A DNA stretch of 32,000 nucleotides from Synechococcus sp. A15-24 (lineage in GTDB: Bacteria; Cyanobacteriota; Cyanobacteriia; PCC-6307; Cyanobiaceae), in the NCBI RefSeq assembly GCF_014280195.1, contig NZ_CP047960.1:630001-662000 (forward strand). The letters run 5' to 3'. A program made the position numbers and the translations under genes. The notes beneath the pieces are model-generated. The model was not told the DNA's origin and searched no databases. It was given only the letters and a program-made list of their open reading frames with translations. This document shows positions 31,020 to 32,000 of the stretch, in pieces (the stretch's first letter is position 1; every line of letters begins with the position of its first letter).

Positions 31020-32000
31020 TTAGTAATAGAAGGCTCGATCCGAGGGGTTTTGATACACAGCACCGCCACAGGCTGTAGCGACACGCCAAAGGGCACGGTG
31101 AATTGGTGTTGAGTCGTAGCGCACAAGATCTGGGAAGCGCTGCCTCAAAAGGGCTGTTCCCCGCCAGGCATTGTAGTGCGGAATAGCAGAATTGACGTGA
31201 TGGCAGACGTGGGTTGAACCGATGCCATGGTGTAAAAAGTTCAGTACAGGACCGTAGGGGCGATCAACGGTTTGAAGTGCACCTTTGGCCCAATCCCATG
31301 TTTCATTCGAGAAATGAGGGATATTGCGGTCTGTATGTTGCAGCCAGGTGTAAGTGGTGAGCCAGATATTGATCACCATATAGGGCAACCCATACAGGCA
31401 GGCAATACGAGCAAATGAAAAGTGTATTGATGCCCCAATTAAAAGTGTAATCATTGCGATCAAACCGAGGTTCGAGCGCACCATGTATTTACGGAACGAA
31501 CTTGGGAATAGGGCACGTTTGCCATTCCTAAACGCTGCATCATTCCAGAAGTGTGAAGTGGGGAAGCCATAATCTTCACCACCCGTGGCACCAAGGAACA
31601 GGTACAGCTGCCAGCCAATGATCAGATGGTTGAACAGGGAAATCAGACCAAACAGTTTTGTGTTGAGCTTTCGTTTCAGTTTTTCTGTTGCTTGCCCTTG
31701 GGGAGAGCTCTCACGAGGTGGAACATGGGTTTCCCCCCCTTCGAGATGGTTGCAATGGGCGTGGTGAACGGCATGGCTTCGAGCCCAGCTGTAATAGGGA
31801 ACCAGCAGTGCGCTGTGCAGAACAAATCCCACCACCCCTTCGACACGCCTGTTGGGATGAAAGGCGTTGTGGCCACATTCGTGGGCCAGCACCCAGCAGC
31901 CCATGGCGATGGTTCCTGTGACGGCTCCGTAGAGAATCCAGAGCGGAAGAGCTGCAAGCGTGAGCGGAATGGTTGTGCCGATGCAAACGGCTGCGATGGA
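31020..32000 (-). CDS. desA: Membrane fatty-acid desaturase, Delta12 (FAD2/DesA)-like; the 5' end lies outside the window.
   Basis: Three His boxes are present: HECGH, HAVHHAHCNH and HVCHHV followed by IPHYN. Manual translation shows the frame stays open from 31904 to position 32000 (SIAAVCIGTTIPLTLAALPLWILYGAVTGTIA preceding MGCWVLAHECGH). GC is lower than in flanking genes. Confidence 0.88.
   Translation of the reverse strand, partial: SIAAVCIGTTIPLTLAALPLWILYGAVTGTIAMGCWVLAHECGHNAFHPNRRVEGVVGFVLHSALLVPYYSWARSHAVHHAHCNHLEGGETHVPPRESSPQGQATEKLKRKLNTKLFGLISLFNHLIIGWQLYLFLGATGGEDYGFPTSHFWNDAAFRNGKRALFPSSFRKYMVRSNLGLIAMITLLIGASIHFSFARIACLYGLPYMVINIWLTTYTWLQHTDRNIPHFSNETWDWAKGALQTVDRPYGPVLNFLHHGIGSTHVCHHVNSAIPHYNAWRGTALLRQRFPDLVRYDSTPIHRALWRVATACGGAVYQNPSDRAFYY

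Overview
The window looks like a high-GC (about 60%) chromosome of a marine Synechococcus-like picocyanobacterium. This is inferred from gene content, from the PetM sequence [32 protein letters not shown], and from base composition.

Core genome (about 9.2-32 kb): cysK plus two Cys/Met-family PLP enzymes, psbD-psbC with a 17-nt overlap, ycf4, a lipoprotein cyclophilin, ilvH, two alpha/beta hydrolases, and a Trm1-like methyltransferase. It continues with petM (32 aa, missing from the ORF track), ycf39, an ArsM-like methyltransferase, an RluE-like pseudouridine synthase, an IF-1-like protein, NTRC, and an SF2 helicase. It ends with the pntA/pntA-2/pntB transhydrogenase operon and a lower-GC Delta12-type desaturase cut by the window edge.

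Accessory island (1 to about 9 kb): this stretch is compositionally distinct, about 40-45% GC by sampling lines, and is the most interesting part. It encodes:
- two paralogous small membrane proteins rich in Gly-zipper and Lys motifs;
- four proteins that share an HMA2/CoBaHMA-like N-terminal module, fused once to a catalytically complete but CPx-less P1B-like P-type ATPase, once to a degenerate (pseudo-)ATPase paralog, and twice to a short DUF454/YbaN-like membrane hairpin;
- an ArsA/Get3-like protein with no P-loop and an HSP20-like tail;
- a UPF0016/GDT1 cation transporter;
- a DUF1345-like gene fragment.

I propose this island as a candidate undescribed membrane cation-sequestration or compartment system. 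It has analogies to ferrosome (fez) clusters and to calcyanin/CoBaHMA biology, but it is identical to neither.

I found no rRNA, tRNA, CRISPR array, transposase or integrase. All family assignments come from reading motifs by eye, not from database searches.
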